Part shown: piece by piece, positions 38,784-52,489 of the stretch | Layout: each line of letters opens with the position of its first letter | Position numbering within the stretch: the stretch's first letter is position 1 | Assembly: GCA_040437565.1 (NCBI GenBank) | Contig: JBDOQK010000001.1 | Span: 1-64,000 of the forward strand | Source of the DNA: Albugo candida | Taxonomy: Eukaryota | DNA: 64,000 nt | Direction of reading: 5' to 3' | Made by a program: the position numbers and the translations under genes | Notes under the pieces: generated by a model | The model's database searches: none | What the model was told of the DNA's origin: nothing | What the model saw: the letters and a program-made list of their open reading frames with translations, nothing else

Positions 38784-41504
38784 TTAATAAAATGTCCTAA
38801 GATTTCATATGTATTCTCGCAAATGATTAAAGTGCATAGAGTTACAAGTAGGGCATCAACCCATGCCGGATTCTTCCGGGAAAGAACTCTGATTTGGGCG
38901 AACATTTGTGAAATAGGCGGAAAGTGGATCAAGTGGATCGCTGAGTTTGATAGAAATGAATTATAGCAGCATTGTTCAAAAAATTGACCTTCTCCGCGAT
39001 AAAACTGATCGGCAATACCGACCGTTTAAGACTTCCTTCTCACAAACGTACGCCTGTGTTGTATCGTCAGTTCATCGATACGTATCGCTTGCACTTGGTT
39101 TCTTTCCTGTAATATTCCCAATTGTACCAAAACGTTATTGAAGCAGTTCTTCCATTCGACCCAAAGTGTATCTGTTTGTTCTCCGAGTTGCAGTAAATAT
39201 ACTCATCAGACTATGAGAGAACCCGATCTCGATAATCGTATAATTGGCCCTGTAAAGCGACTAATTTTGCTTCAAATGCATCTCTTCTCCGATACGATTG
39301 ATTGTATTCACAGTGTTAACGACTTCAATGGATTGCTTCGGAAATGAATATCCATCACTTCTTGCGCGATATTTTGAGCTATTTATTGACGTCTGCTAAT
39401 TGAACTATGAAAGCGTTTATTCTTCTCTGTGTCGGATTTGCGATGCGTCTAACTGAAGCCTCAAAGCTGATGCTGTATCGGCCCGAGTATCCTGCTTCTG
39501 TCGTATAGCCTCCAGCGCTCGTTGTAGCTATGTTATGAGCGCTTCCTTCTCAGCAACGATTCTTTCGTAAGGTCTCGCATCTTCTGAACAACTTTTTCCG
39601 AACGTGATCCATAAAGCTGATCCTGTTTGCCCTCCTCGATCTCGTCATATGCTTCAACTAAAGCTATTTTCTCTCTTTTCACAGCTTCTAATTGTGACTA
39701 TAATCTCTCCTATTCATTGCTCCATAAATGCAGTTCACATCTTGGCGACACCATTTCAATTGTGTAGTCAGATTGTCAATTTAGGAGGCGGATGATACGC
39801 CTTGAGCATTCAATTGGCGCTCCAACGAGACGATTTCTGCCTCTCGATCCTCGAGAGCTGCCTGTAAACGCCCCATACCTGTGGTCTGTTCCCCTTCCTC
39901 CAAAATCGCTTCATAGATAGCCTCCAATTCAGAAGCTGGAATACTCATTCCATTCCGTGGATGTATGTTCTTTTCTTCATGATCGATCGTTAAAGTGGAA
40001 AAGAGATCGATATCAAGACTTCGCGTGCGTAATTGCTCATTTCCAATACCGTCAATTGATGCTTTTGTTCCTTCAATTGAGCTTCCAACTCCAATTTTTC
40101 CTTTGCGATATCTTTATAAGTTTTCATCAGAAAAGATACGCGCTTGAAGGAACTGATATAACGTGATTTTTTCAGTGTGGCGATATAAACGAATAGAGGC
40201 TTTCAATCTCAGCCTTCAACGCGCTGATAAGACATGATTGCTCATAGTCTCGATATTCCTTCCTTTTCTCTTGTTCGCTTGATTCTTGGAGATCGTTCAC
40301 TTTTGGGCTTAACTGCATAGTTTCCTTCACGGACGCATGCATCTGCTACGAACTTGACGTCATTTTACTGCACACAACGTCGCCTTTTTCTGCTGTAAAT
40401 GATGACGCATGATATGAAGCACGTAGAGCTCCATAACATGCACACACAACCGAATGATTAAGTCAATTGAACATCGTTCATCACTCTCTCGCCATTCCAT
40501 CCAAGGACTAGAGTTCGGGCAACCGCTTGTGATCGCTAATCTGTTTTCGAGGCAGGGAAAGACGATGTTAAGATTAGAATTGCAGGCAACTAATTCCTGC
40601 AGCCAGAAATGTATGTTTGCTATTCCACAACTCCACCGCACTGAGACAGAAAAGGCACTGATCTGTTCGGAGGATGTGGAATAGAAAAGCGGAAAGGAAG
40701 TACAGTAGTGGCTGTGGTACGGTCGGCTGCTTGGTAGGTTTCATGGTCTTCTATTCCTCGGTATTTCAGTCGCAAAGACAGCTTGTAAGGAGGACACGTT
40801 AAGTGTTTTACTTCCATCGGGAACGGTCATTAAAGGCGAAATTATTGCACGAGTTGCCATTCGATCTTAAATTCAACGCTGCAGTGAGATCACGACACTT
40901 AAATGCGAAATCAGATACGAATGCTCTCTGATTTTCTACATGGGTTGTCTTTGCAGCATTTCAGTGAAATCTAATTAAAGCACCGCAATAGCCGAATGAC
41001 TTGGAACTAGACAGCAATATCGTAATCTTTGGAATTTAATGCCACTGCGTTGGCTGCGTTTTTATTCGTCGTGTGAATCGGGATGGTATCCTTAGGAAGA
41101 GCAGTATGATCGTATTTGGAATGTACTGATTGCTACGAGAATTCTTTGCTATTTTAACGGAAAAGAACGAGTATTTGGACTTATATCATGCTTTATAGTC
41201 GCATGTACAAAGAAAGCGGCCTATCTCACATCTATAATGCTGTTCCTGACAGCTGACGATAGCATAAATAGCCTTACGAGAAAAAAACCTAGAGAATCTG
41301 TGAGTAATGATAGCTCCAAAGCATGGGAAAAAGTCATTTTATTATATGAACAATGTCAATAAGCGGACTCTGAGAGTACCTTTAAAGTAGTATAAGATCA
41401 TAATAAATCTTTGTGTAGCAGCAAATCTCGTCCATTGTCATTGAGACGCTTCATCACAATAATTAATGATTTTAATGTGCTGCTAATTCAACTTTAGTGA
41501 CTGT

Positions 41505-44500
41505 AGGTAGGCGACATGGAGTTTCTACAGGGGACAAATCTCCAAATTCTCTTCCTTGTCCGCCTTTACGTAGGCGTCTGGATTGTCCCCGTGCATCGCC
41601 GGCACATCCCATTTCCGTGCAAGAACCAGTACCACTTTTACGGTACTGAGATCCATAACGGCGGCAAAAGTAAGTCCATAATCGACCCAAAAAAGTTGTT
41701 CGTTTCTAAAGGGCACGATTCTGGGATTTTAACGCTCGATCTTTCCTCGTTCATCCGCATCGGTCTTTGTCTTAAAGACCCACTTCGTGTGTAGCACACG
41801 GCTACCGGTGGGAGGCACCTCCTCCGTCCATACGGTATTCTCCTCCAATGCCCGGAGCTCTTAGCTCATAGCCATGACCCATCTGTCCTTCTGACTGCTA
41901 CGCATAGCCTGTCTGTAGCTTTTGGGATCTTCTTCACGCACGACGTTTACTACGTCACACTCCTGCCTCTCACTATGTTCCACGTTGTACTGATGCTTCT
42001 GTTCCACACCATCCTTGCATGCCTTTGAACTGGTACGATGCTCATCTCGAGACCACGTACCCCTCCTTCTTTGTCTTGTCTCTTTCTTTTTTAATTTTGG
42101 GTAGCGGTTCGGTCCCTGTTCTTTTGCTGTCACCGTTTTTCGCTATGCCTCTTCTCTTTCATCAAAATGCACCCCGACGAAATTGCTCGTCTTGCTTACT
42201 CGTCAGCGTCTTCATGTTTCTAACATGCTGCTTGACGACGACAACATTGTCCTTGGGTATATATTATCGATACCTTTTCGTCTCATCGCTTCTTCCAATA
42301 ATTATCGTTGGTTTCCCACGCTCGCCAAGCGACTTGCTCTTTGCGTCACGGTGAACTGTACGTCCCGACCCAAACACCACAATATCACTAAGATTCGGTG
42401 TTCTGTTGGTAAGCATCTGCAGGGGTAACTTCCTCCCCGCATTAGACTTGCTCGGGCTTCTGTTCGGGATGTGAGACACGTATTCCGCCGCGTCTCCCCA
42501 GAAATAGAGGGGCAGGCGGCACGCATATGTCATACTCCGCACCATATTCATAATGGGGCGATGCATACGCTCTGCGTTCCCGTTACAGGCCTGATTTCGT
42601 GCTTCGCTAATCTGGCGAGCAATTTTAGTTTCCTTACAGAAAACGTCCAGAGTCCGATAATCTCCACCACCATCTGTTCTCAACACGTGGATTCTGCAGT
42701 TGAACTGACGCTCGAAAAAGTCCATGAAGTGCGTGAACTATTGTGCAGCGATGCCCTTCTTCCTCGCGAGATATATGCTGCAGTAATTCGTTCGGTGATA
42801 GACAGAATCTATCATGTACCGATTTCCTTGTCTGTCCTTAGGAGTCATCAGCGCCTTGAATCCGAGCAAATTACTCCGCCAACAACGTCGATCGGAGAAT
42901 CGTCACCTGTGTCCTTTCTTGACTGCGCATTCTTTGTCTCTTTTCCTTGAGCGCACGCGAGGCAATTTGTCCTTATCTGATCCGTGAGCAATATCCCCGA
43001 ATCTGGGTCTTGCGCTATCTGAATGATCGTGTCGTAATTGAGGTGAGCCGATCTGCGATGGAAATGCATGAGTGCCCCTTCTGGAAGTCACGTCCCAGCT
43101 GTTCCTCGTTCTGAGATAGTACCGACATGAGTACGGCCGTAGGTTACGGATTTGCACGTCCCCCTTCCGTGCGAACCACAAGTACATTTTTCGACATCTC
43201 TACGTCGAGCACAGGACTCCCTTCCTTGAGGCTTGCTATCACTGGTATGCGAACCCGTATCCGTTTGCGTCCAGCATCCGTAAGATATGACATTTCGCTA
43301 CAAGTTTTCGGCGCAGTACACGTCCTTCAAACGCACCTTTACCGGATTTCCCATCTCTGTACCCACAATGACGACGGTTCCACGCCACGTAATACGAAGA
43401 TCCACCATTTGCCGTAACACATTCACTCACGTGCTCCTCCGGGTCTTCAAGTAGGTTTACGTCATTCCCTAAGTGTTTACTGGACCCACTGTCAAGGATC
43501 CAGTTTCCTTCCTAAACAGTTGAAGCCTTGAATGTAAGAACGAAGTCCGTATCTTGTCTTGCTGTGCGTCCCTTTTCTTCCGGACAAGTTGCCTTGATGT
43601 GTCCCGTTTTCCGGCATTTGTAACACGTTCTCTCGTTCGGCCGCCCGTTCTTAACCATATTTACCAACTCTCGTCCCAGCTGCTTTCCTTGTGTCCCTAC
43701 CTCCGTAGATTGAGCGAAATGCGCTAATTCTTCGTCCTGGCGTAGCTTTTCTGTGCGCGTAAGGCTCAGACGCAAAAGCATTGAAATTCTCATGGCTCGC
43801 TCCGCGTAGCGCACAATGTTTTCAAGGAATAAGTTGTCCGCCCCACCGCATGCTTCACTCACAGCTACCAGGTATAGGTATTGCTCCGTCCAGCTTCTCT
43901 TGCTGTTCTTGGGTGCAACAAATATCTTCATGCTTTGAGCCGGTGTTATCTTGGTTGCAAAAGTATGGAGTAGTCTCTGCACTAAAGCTGGCCCCTCCCG
44001 GCGCCAACCGTCAACCTATCGATTGTAATACCTCTCAGTCATTCCTGCTAAGTAGTGTCCGAGTACGTCGTCCTTACCGTCCTCGCTCCACAGAAATTCA
44101 CTCGCACGTTCCTCGAACGAAATCTGCTGCAGAAATCATTGTCACAACGACAGGAACAAGTACCCAATCCCTGGTACAATTCTCTGCCGTCAAAAGGACG
44201 AATGCCCAGCTTCCTTTGACGCGCGTCTGGAACCCGCGTGAACCGCGCACCAAGTGTCGGTCCATGGTGTTGTTGCGGTGTCGGGTTGTATGCTGGCGGC
44301 TGCACGTAGTGTTGGGGCACCTCAGGATGTGGGGCCTGTGCCGTCTCGACGCTAGCCGCGGCTTGTCCATATCCGCGCTGCCTACTTCCAAAGTAGGTAA
44401 CCGGTGACACTTGTGGACACTTTCGGTGGCAGCGTTAAGTCCAACGCCTCCCTGCTCATGGCCCTACCTTGCCGACAGATAGAGCCGAATACACTTGACT

Positions 44501-44850
44501 CTCGGCCTTTCTGCTCATCTCGTACTGTCCCTCTTGCAACGCGTCCATACGATCCATGCGTACCGTGAGGTCTGTTAGAAGTTCAAGCAGTCTTTCCTGC
44601 GTATCCCTTGGCTCCGATTCATTCCCCCTGACTCCTTCTGCCTTGTCTTGTTGACCGCTGACGCTTTCGTTATCCGTCTTGCCGCTTTTGTCGGCATCAA
44701 CGGTGTAACCCGTTGGGCTCATAACCTCTTAGTTGGATGGGAATGACTTGGAGAAAAAAGCAGTAGTATATTAAAAGATAAGTTAACAGTCTGCCAACCT
44801 ATCTTTCTTGTCTACCTGAGTTACTGGTATGCGGCACACTCATCTCAATA
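41505..44850 (-). mobile_element. 3'-truncated degenerate Ty1/Copia element (5' LTR ~44727-44850, gag, protease, integrase, start of RT)
   Basis: PBS GGTTATGAGCCC at 44726-44715. Gag with CYKCRKTGHIKATC, protease WILDSG, integrase VLRTDGGGDY...NGNAERMHR, RT VLHTKWVFKTK and LFWVDYGLTFAAVMDLSTVKVVL. Ends abruptly near 41505. Confidence 0.9.
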
Positions 44851-45689
44851 GCGGACGATCGAAATCAGTATCTTGCTCTTGCAAGAGAGCCTTGGATTCT
44901 TACACTAGCCACATGATTGCGTCTATAAATGCGATCAGAATCACTTTACTTTGCTGTCTTTTCAATCTACGACTATTCGTTAGGTTGGTGTCTCGTTAAG
45001 AACGACTAGATCTTATTTCCCATGTACTTTCCGATATTCTTTAGGTATAGAGCTTCTGAACCGGACCAGATAAAAAAGAAAATCTTTGAATAAAGGCATA
45101 GCTTGTAGCTCTTCAACAATGATGATGTTTGACTAAACTTACTTTTTGCATGCTTTTTTGAAACTCTATCAGACTTCATTTTACGTTGCGTAAATTGAAA
45201 ACTACCGAGGGTGAACAATACTACATCGTGAGAAAACTACACCAACAACGAGCCACATCACTTGCTCGCTATTAGCGAAGAAGTAACTTCAACGCTCCTT
45301 GCTTGATGTTACGTAGTTTCCCCCACGATGCAAATTATTCGTGCAGTCTCGTATAGCAAGCTTTACGCAAATACGATAACATATATTTCGGTGAAAGAGA
45401 GCCACTCAAATACTACCAGTGAACTTGGACTGGAGCGAAAAAATCTCTAAAGTAAACGAATCATCACTTAATTAAGCCTTAATAAGCAAAGATAATGGAC
45501 TTGGAGTGGAAATGATCATATTGAAATTAAAAAGTGAGCTCAAGACATCTCCAAAGAAAGCTCCGCCAAATGCGATTGCAAGTACTTTCAGAGACGCTGT
45601 GTCTCCATCACACACAACTACTATGAATCGTAATACTCTTCAGCTTTTACTGTCAAAGTACATGGTACATAATCGAATACGCACAGCAA

Positions 45690-46450
45690 AACGTGGAAAT
45701 TGAGTGTTTTTGATATTAAGATAGGCAATTCATAAATGTATATCTCGAACAAGAGGGGAAATCAAAATATGTAATTGTACCGAGAGTTTTTATAGAAACC
45801 GCACGAACGTCGAAGATCAACTTCGTCGAGAGATTGAAAGTCAATCACGCTTCAGACGTGAAACCATCTTGCGCTTCTATGGCTACGTTTACGATGTAAA
45901 AAGGGTTCATTGGAGCATCGAGTAAGAAATGTTAGGAGAGTTGTACAGATATCTTGTGTGGGAAGGACACGCTATTCCAAGCGTCTACCAGCGCTTTACG
46001 TCCACGAGTTGGTTCGAATGCTGATGTATGTTCTCAGGAAGTATATATTCCATCGAGATATTGAGCGACAGAATCTCGGTTTGGGTATAATCACTAGCTC
46101 AAGATTGCTGTTTCGGATGGTCTGTTACTGCGCCGACGTTACGACGACCCACATGATGTGGTACACTAGATTATCTCCCTCCATAAATGATCGAAAACGA
46201 ATTCATGTGGAAAATACAGATGTATCGACACTTGAAGTGCCTATGTATGGATCAGGGCTGCAAATGGATCCAGTGGATCTAGATCCATTTGCAGCCCAAG
46301 CATCAATTGGAGATCCTCCATTCGAAGATGTAAAAACACAAGCGGATCACACCGGTTGATCTACACTTTCCGGATCATGTATCGTCCTCTGCAATCTGAA
46401 TTGGTGCAGAATAAATTGCAAAGAGATTTACAGTTTCGGTATCAACAATT
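45690..46450 (+). pseudogene. Aurora-family Ser/Thr kinase pseudogene
   Basis: In order across stops and frameshifts: WKLSVFDI, QFINVYLEQEGKSKYVI, VEDQLRREIESQSRFR..ILRFYGYVYD, GELY, IFHRDIERQNL, LKIA.FGWSV.AP..RR.T*CGTLDYLPP*MIE, GDPPFE. These are Aurora-diagnostic motifs. Confidence 0.9.
46255..46297. mobile_element. 43-bp hairpin insertion (mini-MITE or TE footprint) inside the Aurora pseudogene
   Basis: Perfect 16-bp inverted repeat GGGCTGCAAATGGATC / GATCCATTTGCAGCCC with an 11-nt spacer. Flanks ATGGATCA and AAGCATCA match at 6 of 8 positions. Confidence 0.6.
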
Positions 46451-46899
46451 TCTAGACCATCCATGGATTCAATTGCAGTGTGCTGAAAGTGCAGAATATA
46501 AGCCATAACGCATAATGCGTATCTGTCCGACGTGAGTCAAAGTGCGCGCCTTCAAGGACATCGAAACAGAGAAAAGAGGTGCGTCTACTTAATCTTACGA
46601 CAGAAAATTCGATTCTATAATTGATGTGAAACCTTCTCGTCTGTGAATTCTTACAAAGTGGTGCAGGCAATTCACTAGATTGAAGTTGATTCGAATAATT
46701 GGAGAACTAAGGATGATTATGTTGAAGATTTGTCTTTCATGACGCAATGGAGAGTAGAGTGACATGCTATAGCATTACAACTGATTTTATGGTAGGTTTA
46801 TGCGACCGCGACTGTGGTGATACTATGGGAAGAGATATTTGTGCTGCGTAGTGAAATACGAGTCGATATATGTTCGTGAAAATGTCTGCCCTAGATTAT

Positions 46900-47707
46900 T
46901 GTTCTACTTGTCGTACTGGTACATTGAACAATACTGCGCGTGCAAGAGAAGCAACAAAGGTGGAATGAACGTGCTGGAAATATCTGTCAGTTCTAAGCTT
47001 AAATCGGACCTGCAGGTATGTTTATTCAAGGGCGTGTTTGGTTGCGTGCGTAATTGAATTAAAACAAAAAAAGGACATGATTTCTCTGGCAAACTGCATT
47101 GTTTACAAATGTAGGACACATCAATTCTTAAAGCTACTTGTTCGATTCCCTGAGAAGACATTTTCATCCGTAAAGATGGATTGAATCTCGTCCGTTTGAA
47201 CACAGGATTTCGTGTTGTCGTCGTAGGAGATGTATAGTTTCTCAGCTTTAGATATACAATCCTCAAGAGAAGTAATCTCAGGTAAAACTTTCTCTCCATC
47301 AAAGGCCACATTCGTTAACAACTTCCCATTATTCATGCAAACCGGTGGTTTCAATCGTTTAGCGTCAGATTGCGAACACTGCCCTCAGTGTCACATTCTG
47401 GAGTTGTAAAACCATTTTTTTCAGAAGCTGGTTCGTAAATGGTGCTTGTGGTCCCCGTAATGAACTTTACTGCTTTGCCCACTTTAAGAATATCATCACT
47501 CAACCCTGGCTTGAGTTGGTTGTATGCATTAGAATCGAACAACTCCATCGAGAGGACGTTATCGCACGTGCAGATGTTGTTTGCGACAACATAATGTACT
47601 TTCAGATATCACGTTATCGATAATGGCACCAGGATAACGAGTGACTTTGTTCAACGTTCCCGTGATCGAAAGGATGAGAAATTGAATTGAAAGATTTGGC
47701 TCTTCAT
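46900..47707 (-). pseudogene. Decayed secreted protein, copy A
   Basis: ATG at 47707. Frameshifted signal peptide ..ILILSITGTLNKVTRY, then Cys-containing segments (ORFs 47351-47548 and 47121-47354). Paralogous to the copy starting at 58581. Confidence 0.5.
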
Positions 47708-48500
47708 TGCGGTCGTTGGTGGTCTTGAGAGAAAATAGGAGAATGAGACAACAATGTGTGGGCAGAGTGTTGGGTGGGTGAATAAGCAGACGTCGAGAAA
47801 AGTTCCAGCTGGTGGTTTAGAGCATCCAGTTTGTGGCTCACGAATGCATGATTACAAGAGACAAGTATGAAAGTACCCACGTGGTATGGAGCATGCTCGA
47901 CCAAATATTACTGAAAAATAGTTAAATCAAGTGAAAATATTCCAAGTGCTTTACATAAATTTATGATTCTTTTTCATAAAGAGAAAGCAGTAGTGCGAAG
48001 AAAGGTTAGGGTCAAAATATATGAAGCTTTGATCTTTTATAGGGTAGGAGCATACAACTGGGATGGTAATGCTTATGCATTGGGTTGATAGATATTACGC
48101 AATTGGGTTGATAATGTGCTCTCATTTGGGTTCATAATTTTTCCCACCGTACACAATCAGGCTTTTCCTCATAATGTACACCGAAATAGGATTTACTATT
48201 TGCCTTTTTGAGAGTGAGAATTCCTGTCGGATAGCAAATAAATATTACATATATGCTCATAGGTTCTTACTGATTTACGTGGCGTCTTTTGTCTTGTATC
48301 AAAAGGAAAAGTATAAGAAAAGCGGAATCTTTGACGCCCTTTGTGTTAGTAGCGAAGAGAGGATAACATCTCCGAGTGTATACCATCTACCAAATATCAG
48401 AGCCATGATATGAAAGCAGTCAAGCGTAAGAACATTTCAGTCTTCGAGGTAGGAGAAGGCTTTCGCTTATGTAATACCGTCAACATCAGCTAACGAAAAT
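47660..48500. repeat. Diverged ~800-bp segmental duplicate of 58530-59305 (upstream region plus signal-peptide start)
   Basis: Colinear shared blocks such as TTTGTGGCTCAC, TGCGAAGAAAGG, ACCGTACACAAT..GGCTTTTC, TATTACATATATGC.CATAG and TAGGAGAA.GCT.TC.CTTATGTAATA.CGTCA.CATCA. Confidence 0.85.
47732..47748 (-). promoter_or_regulatory. Oomycete INR+FPR core promoter motif
   Basis: TCTCATTCTCCTATTTT fits the CTCATTYBNNNWTTY consensus, about 25 nt upstream of the ATG at 47707. Confidence 0.6.
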
Positions 48501-51500
48501 AGGATGTGATGTTAAGTACGAATCTATATTTCTGCTTCATAGAAGTTGCGAATCCAAGAACTATGCCGAACGGGGAGGAACAGAAGTGCGTGCCAAACCC
48601 TTAAAAAAGAGTCGTAATTTTACCTTCTGGTAAGTTTGTTCTTAATGCTAAGAAGTTTATAGGACACTTGAGGTCCTAGACTCGGTTACTGGTCAAAGAA
48701 CGATGAAAAACGAGCCGATCAGATACAATTGTTCTCAACCCATCAAACGTAAATATTCAAACCCATTCATGATCAAGATTGATAAAAAAGTTCTAAACTT
48801 CTCGAATCATAACGATTACTCACACGCAAAGAGTGACCAATTCTATAAAAGTACTTTTGCATTGGAAATCACTTCCAAATATCCACGCATCATCTCGTGT
48901 ATAATTAGTCACTTACTTGTATACTACTTTCGCTCTTGATAGAAATACAATTTTCCATTGAACCAAACGGTCTAATCATAAACTCTTCTTTCAACCACTC
49001 AGCACCTTCCAATACTTTCTTGCAGAATGTTTGCTGTACCGCCTCCTTTTTTCTCTTCAGGAAAAAATGAAGTACTTCACGAGTATGCAACGACCCAATT
49101 TTGAGACTGAACGGGTAAAAAGTGCTTCTAACTTGGCTCAAACATTAGAAAAAGAGCCACTGCTGTTTTTTCTTGTTCAACATTTTTCCACGTCATCATT
49201 CTTGGCCTTAAGGGATACATGATCGTGTCTATAGACACGGGAAGTGCCAATATGACAAGAAAGACATATGGTCAAATTTGACGCAGAACGCATCTACTTC
49301 CTGCCAAATAGTGTTCCTCGGATTGCTGGAAACAGTTGATGTCCATGGTGAAAGCTTGTGGCCTTTTGGACATAGGAATCGTGGTGAGCCGTCCTTGGGA
49401 GGTATGGCACGTTGAGTCGTGAACAGATCGATATCGAGTTTATCAGCGTCAAACGCAACGCAAATGTGGACATTGAAGGTCGCATGGATGCGTGGAGTCT
49501 TCTTATATGCAGGAAGTGTACGGCTGCTGTCATGGAGGAGTTGTTGCTTGGATGAGGATTAAACCTTTCACGAGCGTTGATGTTGGGAGTGTCAAGTGAA
49601 TCGCTTCGTTTCACATTGTATCTACAAATTTGGATGAGAAGGAGAGTATAGATGTGGTAGGATTTATGAGTCACCTTCTTGGGAATGCGTTTAATTGCTA
49701 CTGAGGAATAGGACGCGTCATGAATACGCGGTCTCAGCATGTTAATAGAGTCAAAGTAACCGCAAGAGTGATATATCTCCGTTTCTTTATAAGAAGTGAT
49801 GCACGCTGGTTCGAATCCTGTCGGTGAGGAAGTGTCCGCGTTGAAACCCCTCGGTGGAGGCAAATATTACTCCACGTAACTATCAGCCTATCAATGAAGC
49901 TATGGACGTGTCAAGGCCGGTTGAAACTACAGCAGAGAATAATCGTGCAGGAGTTGGACAGATTAGTGATTTGAATGCACTAGATAATCATACAAACTGT
50001 AATATCGACCAGTGAATATAAATAAGTACTCTGGACTAGCATCCTTAACTGGTCTGGAGTAGTCACTTCTCAATTTGCCCGCTACACCGTACCTCGCAAA
50101 TGAATACAACAAACACCCAACTTCTTACACCATCAAAGATAATGGTTTCTATCGACATCTCAAGCTTACTTATCGTTACGACACCTGATTTTGGTAACAC
50201 GTCTCATCGTAGCTTGTCCGTTAATGACACGTTACCTGTAGATGGTGCACCTACATCCCCACCTATGCCGTCAGACCCTTCAGACTTTGGCGATGTAATT
50301 GCCAATCGAAGCCAATGTAAAGCTTTACACACCTCTCCCTCCCATTCCAATTCCTTATAATAAGCCCGTAGCAATTGAATTAGTTAACGGCATATCTACA
50401 TGCGAATTCGGTTGAGCAAGCAAAGAAACCGATAATCGGCCAAGTCTTGTCGATATCTTGACGGGAAAAGTAGACATCTCGAAAGGATACAGCTCAAAAG
50501 AAGGCCCATATATGTCGACGTGCCGAAACCGTTATCTGTGGATCTTGGAGCTACTGAAAAACGCTTTGAGGTGGGACGGACGAGTTGGGGAGGCTGTCGG
50601 CTAGTTTGAAAGCAGAGAAAGCTTTCTCAATTCCCGAGTCCAGTATGCACTCGTCCTTGAACGATTTTAGATCTGGTACGGACACCACCAGCCCAAACAT
50701 TATAGTACTTTGCTCCGGATCATGGAAATACGATTCTTAAAGGAGTATTTGACGAGGAAAAGATCGGCTATGATCGGCTATTTGGCAGAGTTACGGAGGG
50801 GTTCTTTCCGACATTTGGCGACATGCGAAGAAGTACCTCACTAGCTGGCACACGACACAATTAAAATGCTGGCCATTCATTATTCGTTCCAAGAATATCA
50901 TAATATTGGGTCTTTTTTCCTGTTCATATTTAGCCCTGGACCGGGACTACATTTCCATCGAGCATCGCATCAGCGCTGTATTCGTTAGAATGCACAAGAC
51001 TCTATGCTCATTTCATGAAGCAGCGGCTTTGAAGAGAAATGAGATGTCCACTTGAAAGGTATGTTTCCGCTTCAAATCCTGCTGCGTGCCGCTGGCTGTG
51101 TCAGGAAAAGTCTGCAAGCAGATAAGTTTCGAGAGGAGATATCATCTCTCTCTTGGAAAAGGAGCTTCACTCTTTGCCAAGCGAGTAAGAATCGGATAGC
51201 GCAGTCCGTACTGCTTACAGCTGTCGGGCTCAATTCTAGAATCACATCAGCAGCAACAGAAGAACAGTGTCATCGGCAGGCAGGCAACCAAAGTAACCAA
51301 AAGCGATGAAATAATCAGCACAAATGCCTTCCAAAAGTACAGAAAACACCGTTATGGACGACCAAGACTTTTCACTCAGTCGGACATTATTTCTGGGTAA
51401 AATCAGTGCTCTAATCGTTTTCCTAGTATCTGACACGACCTTCTCAGGGAGCAAAAGAAGTAGATACTCCTACAGCATGAACTACAAGAGGCTGCTTATC

Positions 51501-52489
51501 ACCACTATCCAAATTTAACGCTTGTTCGTTCAACTTACAACGGAATTGATAGGTCGACAGTTTTGAAGGCTTGATTAGTGAGGGGTTACCCCGAAAGCAG
51601 GAAGGCGTTGCTACCAGTAAGTAATCTGACGGCCATCAAAATTTCAGCGTAAACTACGCCCTAAAGCAATGCAATAGCCCTCTCCGAGCATGAAAGACGG
51701 TATCATGTCGTCTTTTTAATTGCAGTGGCGAATAAAGAAGTCATCAATTTATAGGAGGCAATTCATTTTCAGAAAAAAACGAACAGAAATAAAAAAAAAG
51801 ACCCTCCAAGACGAGTTGGGAAGGAGTGAACATCTTAACCGAACATGTGTTGACAGTACTAGCTTACATCAAACCGGACATGTTATAGGAGGCTTTTCAC
51901 ATTTCCAAAGCGGTAAAACACGTGGTTTTCACCTGCAATGGTGATAGCATCCTTAAATTGGCTTCTAAACACCCGATTGCGCTGCCCGGGGTGCTTAACC
52001 GTAGTTCGAGGACTAATGATCCTAAGTTAGCGGAACTAGTGATGTAGAAAAAACGAACCGTATTCGTGCAGCTTTCGAGCCCTTCGCGCACAAACTTTAT
52101 CAAACAATGATCCGAGCAAAATAGGTGAGAAATTCCTAGAAAACGGGAAGAAATGTTGAGGCAGTCGTGGACTGGTGGACTGGTGGACAGAATCCTCTAA
52201 ACTTGGTGACGTCCAACAAACGACGCAATCTCTCACTTCCTTTGAGCTGATGCGTCTGTGTACAGCTCCAACGCTGTTGAAGAATGACCTTTGGATCTAA
52301 TGCTTGATTGGTAGGCCGATCATTGTATCCTCGCATCATATCAGATTGCTTTACTGAGATAAGTTGCTTCGGCTATTGCGCTCTCCATAGAGAAGTATCT
52401 ACATGAGCGAGTATTATGACGCACAATGGGATAGGTCTCTCTTTGGCAACGTGGAAGCTCTCTGATTATCAAAGATCTTCCTTCCTGAG

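Noticed and set aside
38940-40820. Coiled-coil-like coding debris on the minus strand
   Set aside because: Too many stops and no diagnostic motif to assign a family or boundaries.
32470-44407. Many plus-strand ORFs of 60-208 aa overlapping the Copia elements
   Set aside because: Antisense shadows of the minus-strand gag-pol sequences.
49300-49700. PRIHATFNV on the minus strand, resembling a Gypsy integrase C-terminus
   Set aside because: A single short motif with no other Gypsy domains or LTR nearby.
49800-49830. GGTTCGAATCC tRNA T-loop/B-box
   Set aside because: No acceptor, D or anticodon arm can be folded upstream. At most a tRNA or SINE scrap.
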